A stretch of 64,000 bases of DNA from an uncultured Chloroflexia bacterium (GTDB taxonomy: Bacteria > Chloroflexota > UBA6077 > JACCZL01): contig CAVXYC010000017.1 in NCBI GenBank assembly GCA_963765765.1, positions 1 through 64,000 of the forward strand, in the 5' to 3' direction. Below the pieces are notes generated by a model that was given only the letters and a program-made list of their open reading frames with translations, ran no database searches and was not told the DNA's origin. The position numbers and the translations under genes are program-made. Below are positions 31,179 through 41,312 of the stretch, one piece after another (the stretch's first letter is position 1; every line of letters begins with the position of its first letter).

Positions 31179-32622
31179 TCAGCCGGCCGTTCACACGCAG
31201 GAAGTCCTCTTTCTAGATCCCGAGGACGACCTGGGGAGCATCCGCGCGAAGCTCGAGTCTGTATCTGCCGACGAGATCTACCTGGTCATTCCGCGACGGT
31301 CCTCCGTGCTGCGCGCTCCGCTGGAGTTCCGGATTCTTGCCCGTCTCGCAAATGACATGGCATCGGAAACGGTCATCGTTACATCAGATTCAGGTCGTCG
31401 AGCACTCGCCCGTCATGAAGGTTTGCGTACCAGACGATCAGTCAATTCCGTCCGCGGCCTCGCTCCGTCGAGCGGACTTGGCGCAGTGATTCCGAGAATG
31501 TCGGAATGGATTCCGCTTCCCTCCGGCTCGTCGTTGATTCTGCTCGCGTTGATGCTCGGGCTCATTGGTGTGATTGGCCTGGTGGTGCTGCCGGTGATGA
31601 AAGTCACGATTGCACCCAGTACGGCATCAATCAAGAAGGATCTGGACATCGGTGTCGACCCGACGTATCGTGCGCCAGACGTAGCCAAGGGACAATTGCC
31701 GGGGACATTGATGCAACGCCGCCTGGAAGTGACGGGTGCTGCACCGACCACGTCCACCCGGCAGGGTGGCCGCGATCGTGCTCGCGGGGAGATTGTCTTC
31801 ACCAATCGCAGCTCCAATCAACACACAGTCCCGCGTGGAGCAACTGTTGTGGCTCGCAGCGGAGTCCGTTTCAGCATGGACGGCGACGTACGTGTCCCGC
31901 CTTTCAGCGTAGGAGTTGCTCGATCCGGAATTACCGCAGTGAACGGCGGGGGCAACGGGAACTTGGACGCCAACGCGATCACAACGATCGAGGGGAGCTT
32001 CGACGGGCTCACCGTTTCCAACCCGCGTCCCACAACGGGTGGAACGGACCGAGATGTCAAGGCAGTGAGCTCGGAGGACATTGCGAAGCTGAAAGAGCAG
32101 CTCCTGCAGCGTGCTCAAGATCAATTCATGCAGGAGTTCCAGGCCCAGGCCGGGACGGAGCGCTCAGTCCCGCCGCACACGTTGAGACTTCGAGTGGAGA
32201 ACGAGATTTACGAGCCTCCACAGGACTCGGAGGGCGAACAAGTGACGGCTCGGCTCATGGTGGCGGCGACGGTCACGTCCTTCTCCAACAGTGAGCTGAA
32301 TCGTCTCGCGCAGCAGATGCTCATCGCGGCAGGCCCACCAGGCTACGATCTGCCACTTGATCAGCTTGGACTCGCGCCACCCATAGTGACAGAAGCGTCC
32401 GATCAGCATATGCAGCTTCGAATCGTCGGCGAGGGACTGATGGTTCGCAACGTCGATATTTCCGGAGTTGCAAATGCGCTACGTGGAAAATCGCACCGCG
32501 ATGCTACTTCTTATCTCGGAAGCTCGGCGGACCTGGCAGGAGCCACGAGTCAGGTGGAGCTCACTCCATCCTGGGCGCCATTGGCGTTTCGGGTTGACGT
32601 GGCCCTCGCCCCGCTCAAGTGA
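31171..32622 (+). CDS. Membrane-anchored baseplate-J/gp47-like domain protein
   Basis: N-terminal cytoplasmic domain, one TM helix (LILLALMLGLIGVIGLVVLP), then ARGEIVFTN...VPRGATV...GGNGNLDANAI...VSNPRPTTGGTD, resembling baseplate-J-like beta modules; overlaps the alaS stop and ruvX start. Confidence 0.6.
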   Translation: MRSQPAVHTQEVLFLDPEDDLGSIRAKLESVSADEIYLVIPRRSSVLRAPLEFRILARLANDMASETVIVTSDSGRRALARHEGLRTRRSVNSVRGLAPSSGLGAVIPRMSEWIPLPSGSSLILLALMLGLIGVIGLVVLPVMKVTIAPSTASIKKDLDIGVDPTYRAPDVAKGQLPGTLMQRRLEVTGAAPTTSTRQGGRDRARGEIVFTNRSSNQHTVPRGATVVARSGVRFSMDGDVRVPPFSVGVARSGITAVNGGGNGNLDANAITTIEGSFDGLTVSNPRPTTGGTDRDVKAVSSEDIAKLKEQLLQRAQDQFMQEFQAQAGTERSVPPHTLRLRVENEIYEPPQDSEGEQVTARLMVAATVTSFSNSELNRLAQQMLIAAGPPGYDLPLDQLGLAPPIVTEASDQHMQLRIVGEGLMVRNVDISGVANALRGKSHRDATSYLGSSADLAGATSQVELTPSWAPLAFRVDVALAPLK

Positions 32623-33035
32623 GCCTAGGTCCTGGACGTTTGCTCGGAGTTGACCCGGGGACGCGACGGATCGGAATTGCGATGAGCGATGAGCTCGGAA
32701 TGATTGCGACACCCGTGGAAGTCATTCAACGACGTTCGCTCGAACGAGATCTGGAGCGTATTCGAACAATCGCACGCGAACGGGGTGCCGACCGAGTCAT
32801 CGTTGGTTGGCCGATCTCGCTTGATGGTCACGCCGGGCCCGCGGCCGTGCTCGCCGAAAAATTCGCTGCCCAAATATCCGAATCGCTGGAGTGCCCCGTA
32901 GAGCTATGGGACGAACGACTCAGCACCGTCGAAGCCAGGCAATACCAATCGCGCCGAGACCGAAGGCGAGGAGCTCCGATAGACGCACACGCGGCCGCGG
33001 TGATGCTCCAGCATTACCTCGACGCACACCGATGA
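32619..33035 (+). CDS. ruvX: YqgF/RuvX pre-16S rRNA nuclease
   Basis: LGVDPGTRRIGIA, WDERLST, IDAHAA. Confidence 0.93.
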   Translation: MSLGPGRLLGVDPGTRRIGIAMSDELGMIATPVEVIQRRSLERDLERIRTIARERGADRVIVGWPISLDGHAGPAAVLAEKFAAQISESLECPVELWDERLSTVEARQYQSRRDRRRGAPIDAHAAAVMLQHYLDAHR

Positions 33036-34093
33036 TTCGCGGACTCCTTGTTCTGTTTGGTCTAGCGTTGTGTGCCGCGGCCGGCTTCGGCGTCTATAGC
33101 GTCTTGGACGAGGGAGTACTGCGCATCCGCCCGAATGTGGACGTGGTTGATCGTCCCGTGAGTGACGATCGTAGCACGGTCATATTTGAGGTGCGGCCCG
33201 GACAGTCCGCGCTATCCATTGGCGAGGATCTGCAGGGTCGTGGACTGATTCGATCTGCCCTGACCTTTCGGCTCATGGTCGAGTCTCGCGGTGTAGGCGA
33301 TCGGCTGGCCGCCGGCGAATACGAGCTGAGCCCGAGCCTGTCCACCGGAGAGATCCTGGACAGGCTGACCCGGGGCGAAATTCGCCGGGGCTCCATGTTT
33401 TCTGTCCCCGAAGGTTGGCGAGCCCGGGAGATAGCCCAGCAGCTTAATGGCCAGCAGGGGCTTTCCGGAGTCACCTTCATGGAGCTTGCTCAGGCAAGCC
33501 CGCCGCTCATGAGCCAGGCGCCACCGGGTGCCACGCTGGAGGGATATCTCTTTCCGGATTCCTACGAGATCGGCTCAAGAACAACTGAGCGCGAGCTGGT
33601 GAAATCAATGCTGGAACAGCTCGAACGTCGGTTCGATGTGGGCTTGCGGACCAAAGGATCGGCGCGCGGGCTCACTCCCCATCAGGTGCTCACTCTCGCC
33701 TCAATCATTGAGCGCGAGGCGGCCAACCCCGCGGAGCGACCGCTGATCTCGGCCGTGTACCATAATCGACTCTCGGTCGGGATGAGACTGCAGGCCGATC
33801 CCACGGTGCAATACGCCGTGGCACCTATCGATCCGACCAATGTCATTGGCGGTGTCTGGAAACGAGATCTCTCGATGGATGATCTCCAGAGTCCCTCCCC
33901 CTTCAACACCTACCGAGAGGTGGGGCTGCCCCCAGGGCCTATCTGCAACCCTGGCATCGATTCGATCCGCGCGGCGGTGGAGCCGGCTCCGGTGGATTTC
34001 ATGTACTTCGTGGCGAAGGGTGATGGCCTGCATGCATTTGCCCGAACCGAGCCCGAACATCGGGCGAACGTGGCGCTGTATCGGCAGCCATAG
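33032..34093 (+). CDS. mltG: Endolytic transglycosylase MltG
   Basis: N-terminal TM, LEGYLFPDSY, LASIIERE, LQADPTVQY, GLPPGPICNPG. Confidence 0.93.
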   Translation: MIRGLLVLFGLALCAAAGFGVYSVLDEGVLRIRPNVDVVDRPVSDDRSTVIFEVRPGQSALSIGEDLQGRGLIRSALTFRLMVESRGVGDRLAAGEYELSPSLSTGEILDRLTRGEIRRGSMFSVPEGWRAREIAQQLNGQQGLSGVTFMELAQASPPLMSQAPPGATLEGYLFPDSYEIGSRTTERELVKSMLEQLERRFDVGLRTKGSARGLTPHQVLTLASIIEREAANPAERPLISAVYHNRLSVGMRLQADPTVQYAVAPIDPTNVIGGVWKRDLSMDDLQSPSPFNTYREVGLPPGPICNPGIDSIRAAVEPAPVDFMYFVAKGDGLHAFARTEPEHRANVALYRQP

Positions 34094-34132
34094 TACTCGG
34101 AGCGCAATAGCCGTCTGACGGCCTCCTTCGGC

Positions 34133-34250
34133 TGCTATAATCGTCAGTCGTCAGTATCCCCCATCAAGCACGCGGACCGGATCAGTTGGATCGTGCCCAG
34201 TTTTGGGTCTCTTTCTGAGTTGATGGCCGCGGGTGTATGAAACGAAGGAG
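34133..34250 (+). promoter_or_regulatory. rpsB promoter and structured leader
   Basis: TGCTATAAT extended -10 at ~34133-34141; leader closed by CACGCGG...CCGCGGGTG pairing; AAGGAG RBS. Confidence 0.45.
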
Positions 34251-34258
34251 TAGAAACT

Positions 34259-35267
34259 GTGTCAACCGCGATTCAAATGAAGACGCTGCTCGAAGCTGGC
34301 GTCCACTTTGGGCATCAAACGCGTCGATGGAATCCCAAGATGCGACCGTTCATCTTTACGGAGCGCAACGGGATCCACATTCTCGATCTACAGCAGACGG
34401 TCAAACGGCTTGAGGAAGCGCTCGATTACGTGCGCGATCGCTCGGCTAACAATGCCACGGTGCTGTTCGTAGGGACGAAGAAGCAGGCCCAGGAGACTAT
34501 CGAGGAAGAGGCCAAGAGGGCTGGCATGCCCTACATCAACCAGCGCTGGCTGGGTGGCTTTTTGACCAACTTCCAGACCATTCTCGGTCGAATCCGAAGA
34601 ATGGAGGAGCTGGAGCAGCAAAAGGCGACTGGCGTCTTCGATCGCTTGATCAAGAAGGAAGCGATCAAGATCGACGATGAGCTGACTCGACTGCAGCGGT
34701 TCTTCGGCGGTGTCCGCGGCATGTACCGACTTCCCGGACATGCTGTTCATCATTGACCCGCATCGGGAAGAAATCGCGGTGGCCGAGGCACGGCGACTCG
34801 AGATTCCAATCGTCTCGTTGGTGGACACCAACTGCAATCCTGAGCTCATCGATTACCCGATTCCATCCAATGACGACGCGATTCGAGCCATTCGTCTCCT
34901 GGCAGCAAAAATTGCCGATTCGATCATCGAGGGGCGAGAGCAGAACGAGGCGGCTGATGCCAGTCTCCAGGCAGATGGCGACGAAGAAGATGATGACGGG
35001 CAGCGCGAAGCGGTTGTTGTGCGACTCGAAGAGTTCGGTATTGCAGACGAGGCCACGGCTGATGCACCGGTAGCGGTGGCTGCCCCGGCCGTTACAACTG
35101 AGCCCGAAGCGGCACCCGCACAAGATGAGCCGGTGGCAGATGCAACCGCAGCCGCGGAGCCAGAGGCGGCGGAAGCTTCTACCGCGACGATTGATGAGCC
35201 GCTAGAGAGCACGCCCGTAGCGGCAACAACTGAAACTGAAACCAAGAACACGAAGGCGGAGGACTGA
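34259..35267 (+). CDS. rpsB: 30S ribosomal protein S2 (frameshift at ~34736) with long acidic tail
   Basis: [19 protein letters not shown]; second frame [19 protein letters not shown]. Confidence 0.95.
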
Positions 35268-35269
35268 AC

Positions 35270-35776
35270 GTGGTAGCGGTTACCACCGAGTCAATTCGAG
35301 CGTTACGATCCGAGACCGATGCCCCGGTCATGGACTGCAAGCGTGCGCTCGAAGAGGCACAAGGCAATCCGGAGCAAGCAAAACTGCTACTTCGGGAGTG
35401 GGGCGCAAGTGCGCTGGCCAAGAAATCCGATCGACAAGCGTCCGAGGGCGTGATCGAAGTCTACATTCATCACAACGCTCGGGTTGGCGTACTCGTCGAG
35501 TTGAATTGCGAGACGGACTTCGTTGCCCGAAACGACGAGTTTCGGCAGTTTGCCAAACTGTTGGCGAAACAGATTGCGGGAATGAATCCAACGCGTGTCG
35601 GTAACGAGCCGGATGCCCCGGCAAACGATCCCGACGATCGCCCACTACTAAGCATGGACTCCATCGTTCCTGAGTTTCAGGGACGAACGATCGAGGACAT
35701 CTTTAATGAGCTCGTGCTCAAGCTCCGTGAGAACATCGTCGTCCGACGATTCGTTCGCTACGAGCTTGGAGCGTAA
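35270..35776 (+). CDS. tsf: Elongation factor Ts (short form)
   Basis: MDCKRAL, ELNCETDFVA, ENIVVRRF. Confidence 0.93.
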   Translation: MVAVTTESIRALRSETDAPVMDCKRALEEAQGNPEQAKLLLREWGASALAKKSDRQASEGVIEVYIHHNARVGVLVELNCETDFVARNDEFRQFAKLLAKQIAGMNPTRVGNEPDAPANDPDDRPLLSMDSIVPEFQGRTIEDIFNELVLKLRENIVVRRFVRYELGA

Positions 35777-35782
35777 CGTTCA

Positions 35783-36532
35783 ATGACGCTTGAGGCGATT
35801 CCCACGGCGCGGAAGCGAGACGACCTCCGTTACCGTCGGATCGTACTCAAGCTCAGTGGACAATCGCTCGAGGGCAACCAGGGCTACGGAATCGATCCCA
35901 TAACGGTCGATTACCTGGCTGATCAGGTGCAGCGTGTGCATAACCTCGGCGTGGAGACCACCCTCGTAATTGGTGGGGGAAACATCTGGCGTGGCGAACC
36001 GGCCAGCACGCGCGGCATGGAACGAGCGACCGCCGACTACATGGGCATGCTGGCGACGGTCATCAACGCCCTGGCGTTGCAAGCTGCTATGGAGCGGATT
36101 GGCTTGCACACGCGAGTGCAGAGCGCAATCACCATGGTGGAGGTGGCCGAGCCGTACATTCGCCGCCGCGCCGTTCGGCACCTCGAGAAGGGTCGAGTTG
36201 TGATCTTTGCAGCCGGCACGGGCAATCCGTACTTCACCACTGACACCGCCGCGGCCCTCCGAGCGTTAGAGACCGAGGCGGACGTGCTTCTGATGGCCAA
36301 AAACGGTGTGGACGGGGTCTACGACGCGGATCCGTTCAAGGTGCCCACTGCCACAAAGTATTCGTCGCTCAAGTACATGGAGGCGATAGAGCGTGGGCTG
36401 AAAGTCATGGACACAACCGCGCTGTCGCTGTGCATGGACAATAAGCTTGCACTCATCGTGTTCGATATCAATCAGGTAGACAATCTCGAGCGTCTCGTCC
36501 TGGGTGACGATGTCGGCACGAGCATCACCTGA
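35783..36532 (+). CDS. pyrH: UMP kinase
   Basis: [22 protein letters not shown]. Confidence 0.96.
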   Translation: MTLEAIPTARKRDDLRYRRIVLKLSGQSLEGNQGYGIDPITVDYLADQVQRVHNLGVETTLVIGGGNIWRGEPASTRGMERATADYMGMLATVINALALQAAMERIGLHTRVQSAITMVEVAEPYIRRRAVRHLEKGRVVIFAAGTGNPYFTTDTAAALRALETEADVLLMAKNGVDGVYDADPFKVPTATKYSSLKYMEAIERGLKVMDTTALSLCMDNKLALIVFDINQVDNLERLVLGDDVGTSIT

Positions 36533-36572
36533 CTCTAGACCCACATCAGTTCCGACGGGGAGACCATAAGCC

Positions 36573-37130
36573 ATGATCGAGGAGACGTACGCTTCCGCGG
36601 AGCATCGGATGAAACGAGCGGTGGAGTTCTTTGAGGAGGAGCTCGCGTCGGTGCGCGCCGGCCGTGCCAGCCCTTCGTTGCTCGATAAGGTACTGGTCGA
36701 CTACTTCGGTAACCCCACGCCAGTGAACGGGCTGGCGACGGTTAACGTGCCTGAGCCACGAATGATCGTGATTCAGCCGTGGGACAAAAGCACTATCTCT
36801 GCCATCGAAAAGGCTATTCAGAAGTCGGACCTCGGGCTCAATCCATCCAGCGACGGGACGGTGATTCGCCTGGTGCTGCCGCAGCTCAATGAGGAGCGGC
36901 GCAAAGAGCTCGTTAAGACCGTCCACAAACGTGCTGAAGACGCCAAAGTGGCGATTCGAAATTGCCGTCGCGACGCTACGGATGAGCTAAAGAAGCTGGA
37001 GAAGAATCACCAAATCGGTGAGGACGATCAGCGGCGCGGAGCGGAACGCCTGCAGAAGCTCACTGACAGCTCGATCGCGAAGGTAGATGAAATCGCTCAG
37101 CGTAAGGAGCGCGAGGTGCTCGAGGTCTAA
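36573..37130 (+). CDS. frr: Ribosome recycling factor
   Basis: [20 protein letters not shown]. Confidence 0.96.
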   Translation: MIEETYASAEHRMKRAVEFFEEELASVRAGRASPSLLDKVLVDYFGNPTPVNGLATVNVPEPRMIVIQPWDKSTISAIEKAIQKSDLGLNPSSDGTVIRLVLPQLNEERRKELVKTVHKRAEDAKVAIRNCRRDATDELKKLEKNHQIGEDDQRRGAERLQKLTDSSIAKVDEIAQRKEREVLEV

Positions 37131-37861
37131 TGACGACTTCGCCTCGAGTCGCGGCCGTGGATGATGCTTCGCTTCCGGTTGTCCCAGCTCACGTCGCCAT
37201 CATCATGGATGGGAACGGGAGATGGGCGCAGCAGCGTGGCCTTCCGAGACTCGCGGGTCACCGTGCGGGGACCGAGAATATCCGCCGCATCATTCAGAGC
37301 TGTGTCGATTACGGCGTGCAAGTGTTGACGCTCTACGCGTTCTCCACTGAGAACTGGCGTCGGCCTGATTCTGAGGTTCGTGGGCTCATGACGATCCTGG
37401 CCGAGGTGATCGATCGTGAGACTCGAGATTTACATAGAAATGGCGTCAGGCTACGCCACATAGGTGAGCTTGCCGCGCTGCCTACATCGCTGAGCGAGCG
37501 GGTGGAGCGCGCGGTCCATCTCACACGGGAAAACTCGCGCTTGACGCTCAATGTGGCGTTCAATTACGGTGGGCGCTCGGAGATCGTTCGGGCGCTCCAG
37601 CGTATTATTGAATCTGGTGTTGCAACGAGCGACGTGACTGAAGAGCTCATCGGAGACCATCTCGACACCGCCGGGCTTCCCGATCCCGATCTGATCATTC
37701 GCACGGCTGGCGAGATGCGGTTGAGCAACTTTCTTCTGTGGCAGGCGGCGTATGCTGAATACTGGTCCACACCGATATTCTGGCCGGAGTTCGGCCGAGA
37801 TGACCTGTATCAGGCGCTATGTGACTACGCCGCTCGTCAGCGACGATTCGGTAGTCTCTAA
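37130..37861 (+). CDS. uppS: Undecaprenyl diphosphate synthase
   Basis: IIMDGNGRWA, AFSTENW, RLSNFLLWQ. Confidence 0.95.
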   Translation: MTTSPRVAAVDDASLPVVPAHVAIIMDGNGRWAQQRGLPRLAGHRAGTENIRRIIQSCVDYGVQVLTLYAFSTENWRRPDSEVRGLMTILAEVIDRETRDLHRNGVRLRHIGELAALPTSLSERVERAVHLTRENSRLTLNVAFNYGGRSEIVRALQRIIESGVATSDVTEELIGDHLDTAGLPDPDLIIRTAGEMRLSNFLLWQAAYAEYWSTPIFWPEFGRDDLYQALCDYAARQRRFGSL

Positions 37862-37905
37862 CAAGCACCCTCACTCCGCGGTCGCGGCGACGCGGGAGTA
37901 GATCC

Positions 37906-38706
37906 GTGTTCGCCCTCCGAGTCGTGAGCGGCGCCATCCTCATCCCAATCCTCGTCGGGCTCGTATTCCTGGGTGAGCCATGGTATACGCTGGCTGTCAT
38001 GGTGGCCGTGGCGTTGGGGCTTCTGGAAGTCGCGTCACTCCTTCGCTCAGCCAGTCACCGGCCGATTGTGCCCATCATGGTGGCACTGGGACTCTTCTTC
38101 CCGCTTGACGCATCAGGGGCGTTTGGGGAGCTGGTGTCCGGTGCATTAGCGTGCGGAGCGGCCATTGCGCTCGTCATCCTCATGATGCGGCCCACATACG
38201 ATGGCGCCCTTCTGGACTGGGCGCTCACGCTCGCGCCACCGCTGTATATCGGTGGGTTGCTACAGTACTTTATCCCGCTTCGCGCTAGCCCTGATGGCGT
38301 CTACTGGCCACTCTGCGTGCTGGGATTTAGCTGGACGTGCGATACCGCCGCGTACGCCGTGGGTCGGATCGCCGGACGAACGAAGCTTGCGCCCCGACTC
38401 AGCCCCACCAAGACCCGCGAGGGCGCCATCGCGGGCATCGTGCTCACAATCGTAGTTGCAGTCATGGTCGCGGCCGTGACTGGCCGATCGATGCTACACG
38501 TTGGGGGTTTCGGCGCGATTGTTGCGCTGGCGACCGTCCTGGGTGATCTCATGGAATCATTCCTGAAGCGTCAGTGTGGTGCTAAGGATTCCGGGATCCT
38601 CATTCCTGGCCATGGAGGCATCCTGGATCGTATGGACAGCTTGCTCCTGTCAGCCGCTGCCGCCTATGGTTACCAGGTGCTCACCGCTTGGGGCCTCCAT
38701 GGTTAG
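37906..38706 (+). CDS. cdsA: Phosphatidate cytidylyltransferase
   Basis: SPTKTREG, GDLMES..KR..KDSG..IPGHGGILDRMDS. Confidence 0.94.
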   Translation: MFALRVVSGAILIPILVGLVFLGEPWYTLAVMVAVALGLLEVASLLRSASHRPIVPIMVALGLFFPLDASGAFGELVSGALACGAAIALVILMMRPTYDGALLDWALTLAPPLYIGGLLQYFIPLRASPDGVYWPLCVLGFSWTCDTAAYAVGRIAGRTKLAPRLSPTKTREGAIAGIVLTIVVAVMVAAVTGRSMLHVGGFGAIVALATVLGDLMESFLKRQCGAKDSGILIPGHGGILDRMDSLLLSAAAAYGYQVLTAWGLHG

Positions 38707-39850
38707 CGACCCACGACGCGTGGCCATTCTGGGCAGCACCGGCTCCATCGGCCGCCAAGCCCTGGACGTTGTTCGCGATTACCCCGATCGGTTTCAAGTC
38801 GTAGCACTTTGCGCCGGGAGCGATTCCGAGACGCTGCGTCAGCAAGTCGAAGAGTTCCAGCCTTCGCTGGTGGCTGTCTCGAAGCTCCACGATGCGACCT
38901 GGTCAGCTACCGGCCATGTGCTTTCTGGACCAACAGCGCTGAATGACGTCGCGGCCGACGCGGATGCAGACATCGTGTTGGTTGCGACGGTCGGGAGCGT
39001 TGGACTAAATCCGACTCTGACGGCCCTTCATCGTGGCCTGCCAGTGATCGTTGCTAACAAGGAAGCACTCGTCATGGCCGGGGAGCTGGTGATGGGAGCC
39101 GCTCGGAAGGGTTGCGCGGCCGTGGTTCCGGTGGACAGCGAGCACAATGCCGTCTGGCAGTGCCTCATGGGTGAGGAGCCGAGTGCAATCGATCGGGTTA
39201 CGATCACCGCCTCCGGAGGTGCCTTCCGCGACTGGCCCGTTGAGTCGCTGCGTAACGTCACGCCGGCGGACGCGCTCAAGCATCCAACGTGGGTTATGGG
39301 CCCGAAGATCACAGTTGATTCCGCCACGCTCATGAACAAGGGCCTCGAAGTCCTGGAGGCGTCCTGGCTGTTCGATCTTCCTCTCGGGAAGATCGATTTC
39401 GTTATGCATCGAGAGAGCATCATTCATTGCCTGGTGACACTCGTGGATGGGTCGGTGAAAGCGCAGCTTGCAGTCCCAGACATGCACATACCGATTCAAT
39501 ATGCGCTTTCCTATCCTGATCGATTGCCGAGTAGAGCGGATGCACTGGACCTGGTGAAGCTCGGCAAGCTCAGCTTTGAGTCGGTGGATCGCGACAGATT
39601 CCGATGCGCCTTTCTGGCACTTGAAGCAGGCGCTCGCGGCCGTACGTATCCAGCAGTACTCTGCGGGTCAAATGAAGTGGCCGTGAATGAGTTTCTGAAC
39701 GGACGCATCGGGTTTACGGAGATCGCTGATCTGGTGGAAGCAGCACTGGACGCACACAATGCTCCAGCATCGATTGATGTTGAATCGGTCTGGGAGGCGG
39801 ATCGTTGGGCGAGAGACTACGTGCAAGCTCGGCAGGTTGCCCGGCGTTAA
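38699..39850 (+). CDS. dxr: 1-deoxy-D-xylulose 5-phosphate reductoisomerase
   Basis: ILGSTGSIG, ANKE, PVDSEH, MGPKITVDSAT.MNKGLE. Confidence 0.96.
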   Translation: MVSDPRRVAILGSTGSIGRQALDVVRDYPDRFQVVALCAGSDSETLRQQVEEFQPSLVAVSKLHDATWSATGHVLSGPTALNDVAADADADIVLVATVGSVGLNPTLTALHRGLPVIVANKEALVMAGELVMGAARKGCAAVVPVDSEHNAVWQCLMGEEPSAIDRVTITASGGAFRDWPVESLRNVTPADALKHPTWVMGPKITVDSATLMNKGLEVLEASWLFDLPLGKIDFVMHRESIIHCLVTLVDGSVKAQLAVPDMHIPIQYALSYPDRLPSRADALDLVKLGKLSFESVDRDRFRCAFLALEAGARGRTYPAVLCGSNEVAVNEFLNGRIGFTEIADLVEAALDAHNAPASIDVESVWEADRWARDYVQARQVARR

Positions 39851-39943
39851 TGCCGAAGGCCGCCGGGACGCTGTGTTAACATGAGCCAATAGCCCCAGGC
39901 GCGCGAGGCGACGCTGGGGCTCCTGTTTTTCGAAGGGCCCGGA

Positions 39944-41017
39944 ATGTCACTCGAGTGGCTTGCCATCATTCCAATTCTCAGCCTGCTCATGCTGGTGCAT
40001 GAGTGGGGGCACTTTGTTACCGCTCGCCGGGCCGGAATTACGGTTCAGGAATTCGGTTTTGGGCTTCCACCGCGACTCATTGGGATCGAACGTGGCGGAG
40101 TCATCTACTCCCTCAATGCGATCCCCTTCGGGGCATTCGTTAAGATGCTCGGCGAGGAAGACCCGACACAGCCCGGTTCCTTTGCCCGACAATCCAAACG
40201 CGTGCGCGCCATCGTCTTGGCCGCGGGCAGTGGTATGAATTTCATCACCGCGGGTGTGGTGTTCGCCATCGCATACATGTCTGGTTGGCCTACGCCCGTA
40301 GAGAACGAGGTCGAGATCGGTCAGGTCGTCAGCGGTACACCTGCCGAACAGGCCGGGATCCGCCCGGGCGATCAGGTACTCGCAATCAACGGCGAGGCAA
40401 TTACGCGCGTTGATGATTTCCGCGCTCGTACGCAGCAGAATCTCGGTCAGCCCATGCGAGTGGAGCTGCAGCGGGATGGGCAGCAGGTGACTGTCACGAT
40501 GACGCCCCGCGAGAATCCGCCCGAAGGACAGGGCGCGGTCGGTGTGGCACTGCGCGCCCCCGTGCGTTCGACGAACCATGGATTCCTCGAGTCCATTGGC
40601 TTAGGTTTTATGCGAGCGATTCAGATTGTCCGATTCACACTCGAGGCGCCCGTGATGGCGATTCAAGGCGTCATCTCACCAGACATGCTTCGGCCAATTG
40701 GTCTTCCGGGCATGGCTCAAGTCGCTGCCCAGGCCGTCGACTATGCCACCGATACGGGCGCCTGGTTCCCGATTTTGACGGTGACTGGCACCTTCAGCGC
40801 CGGGCTTGCTGTGGCGAACATGTTGCCGTTGCCGGCTCTCGATGGTGGGCGGCTGTTGTTCATTGCAATCGAAGCTGTCCGAGGTCGGCGAGTAAGTCCA
40901 GAGCGTGAGGGTATGTTTCATTTCGTGGGCATTGTGCTGCTCATCACATTGATGGTGTTGATATCTATCAATGATGTGGTCGCTCCGCTGCCCGTGATCG
41001 ACTGGGGCGGGCGCTAG
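39944..41017 (+). CDS. rseP: Site-2 protease RseP (M50 family, PDZ)
   Basis: HEWGH, PDZ domain, NMLPLPALDGG. Confidence 0.93.
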   Translation: MSLEWLAIIPILSLLMLVHEWGHFVTARRAGITVQEFGFGLPPRLIGIERGGVIYSLNAIPFGAFVKMLGEEDPTQPGSFARQSKRVRAIVLAAGSGMNFITAGVVFAIAYMSGWPTPVENEVEIGQVVSGTPAEQAGIRPGDQVLAINGEAITRVDDFRARTQQNLGQPMRVELQRDGQQVTVTMTPRENPPEGQGAVGVALRAPVRSTNHGFLESIGLGFMRAIQIVRFTLEAPVMAIQGVISPDMLRPIGLPGMAQVAAQAVDYATDTGAWFPILTVTGTFSAGLAVANMLPLPALDGGRLLFIAIEAVRGRRVSPEREGMFHFVGIVLLITLMVLISINDVVAPLPVIDWGGR

Positions 41018-41189
41018 AAGCGCACGCCCTGGCCCTGTTGTGAGCGCTCGAGCTCCGAGCTCCATCGTTTCTGACAGCTCTTCGAAAATAAGCCCTGATC
41101 CGCGCCCTAGTAGTCTCGAGGATCTCGAATTCTCGAATGGAATCGCATTTCAATGGCATCGAATGATCGTTGTTTGCCCATCTTTTGGG

Positions 41190-41247
41190 TGCTATAATTC
41201 GCCAGAACTTAACCAGTCCAGGAAGTGGGCTCGCCCCACTTCTTTTG
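41190..41247 (+). promoter_or_regulatory. Extended -10 plus rimP/nusA-leader-type terminator hairpin
   Basis: TGCTATAAT at 41190-41198; GAAGTGGG-CTCGC-CCCACTTC followed by TTTT at 41222-41246. Confidence 0.65.
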
Positions 41248-41312
41248 TTGTGTGGAGTAATTTCGTTAGTCGCTCTGGGAGCGACTGCCACTCCGGAGGC
41301 CGCTGAGTCGCC

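Noticed and set aside
31171-32622. Prophage or contractile injection system
   Set aside because: No sheath, tube, spike or other phage genes nearby.
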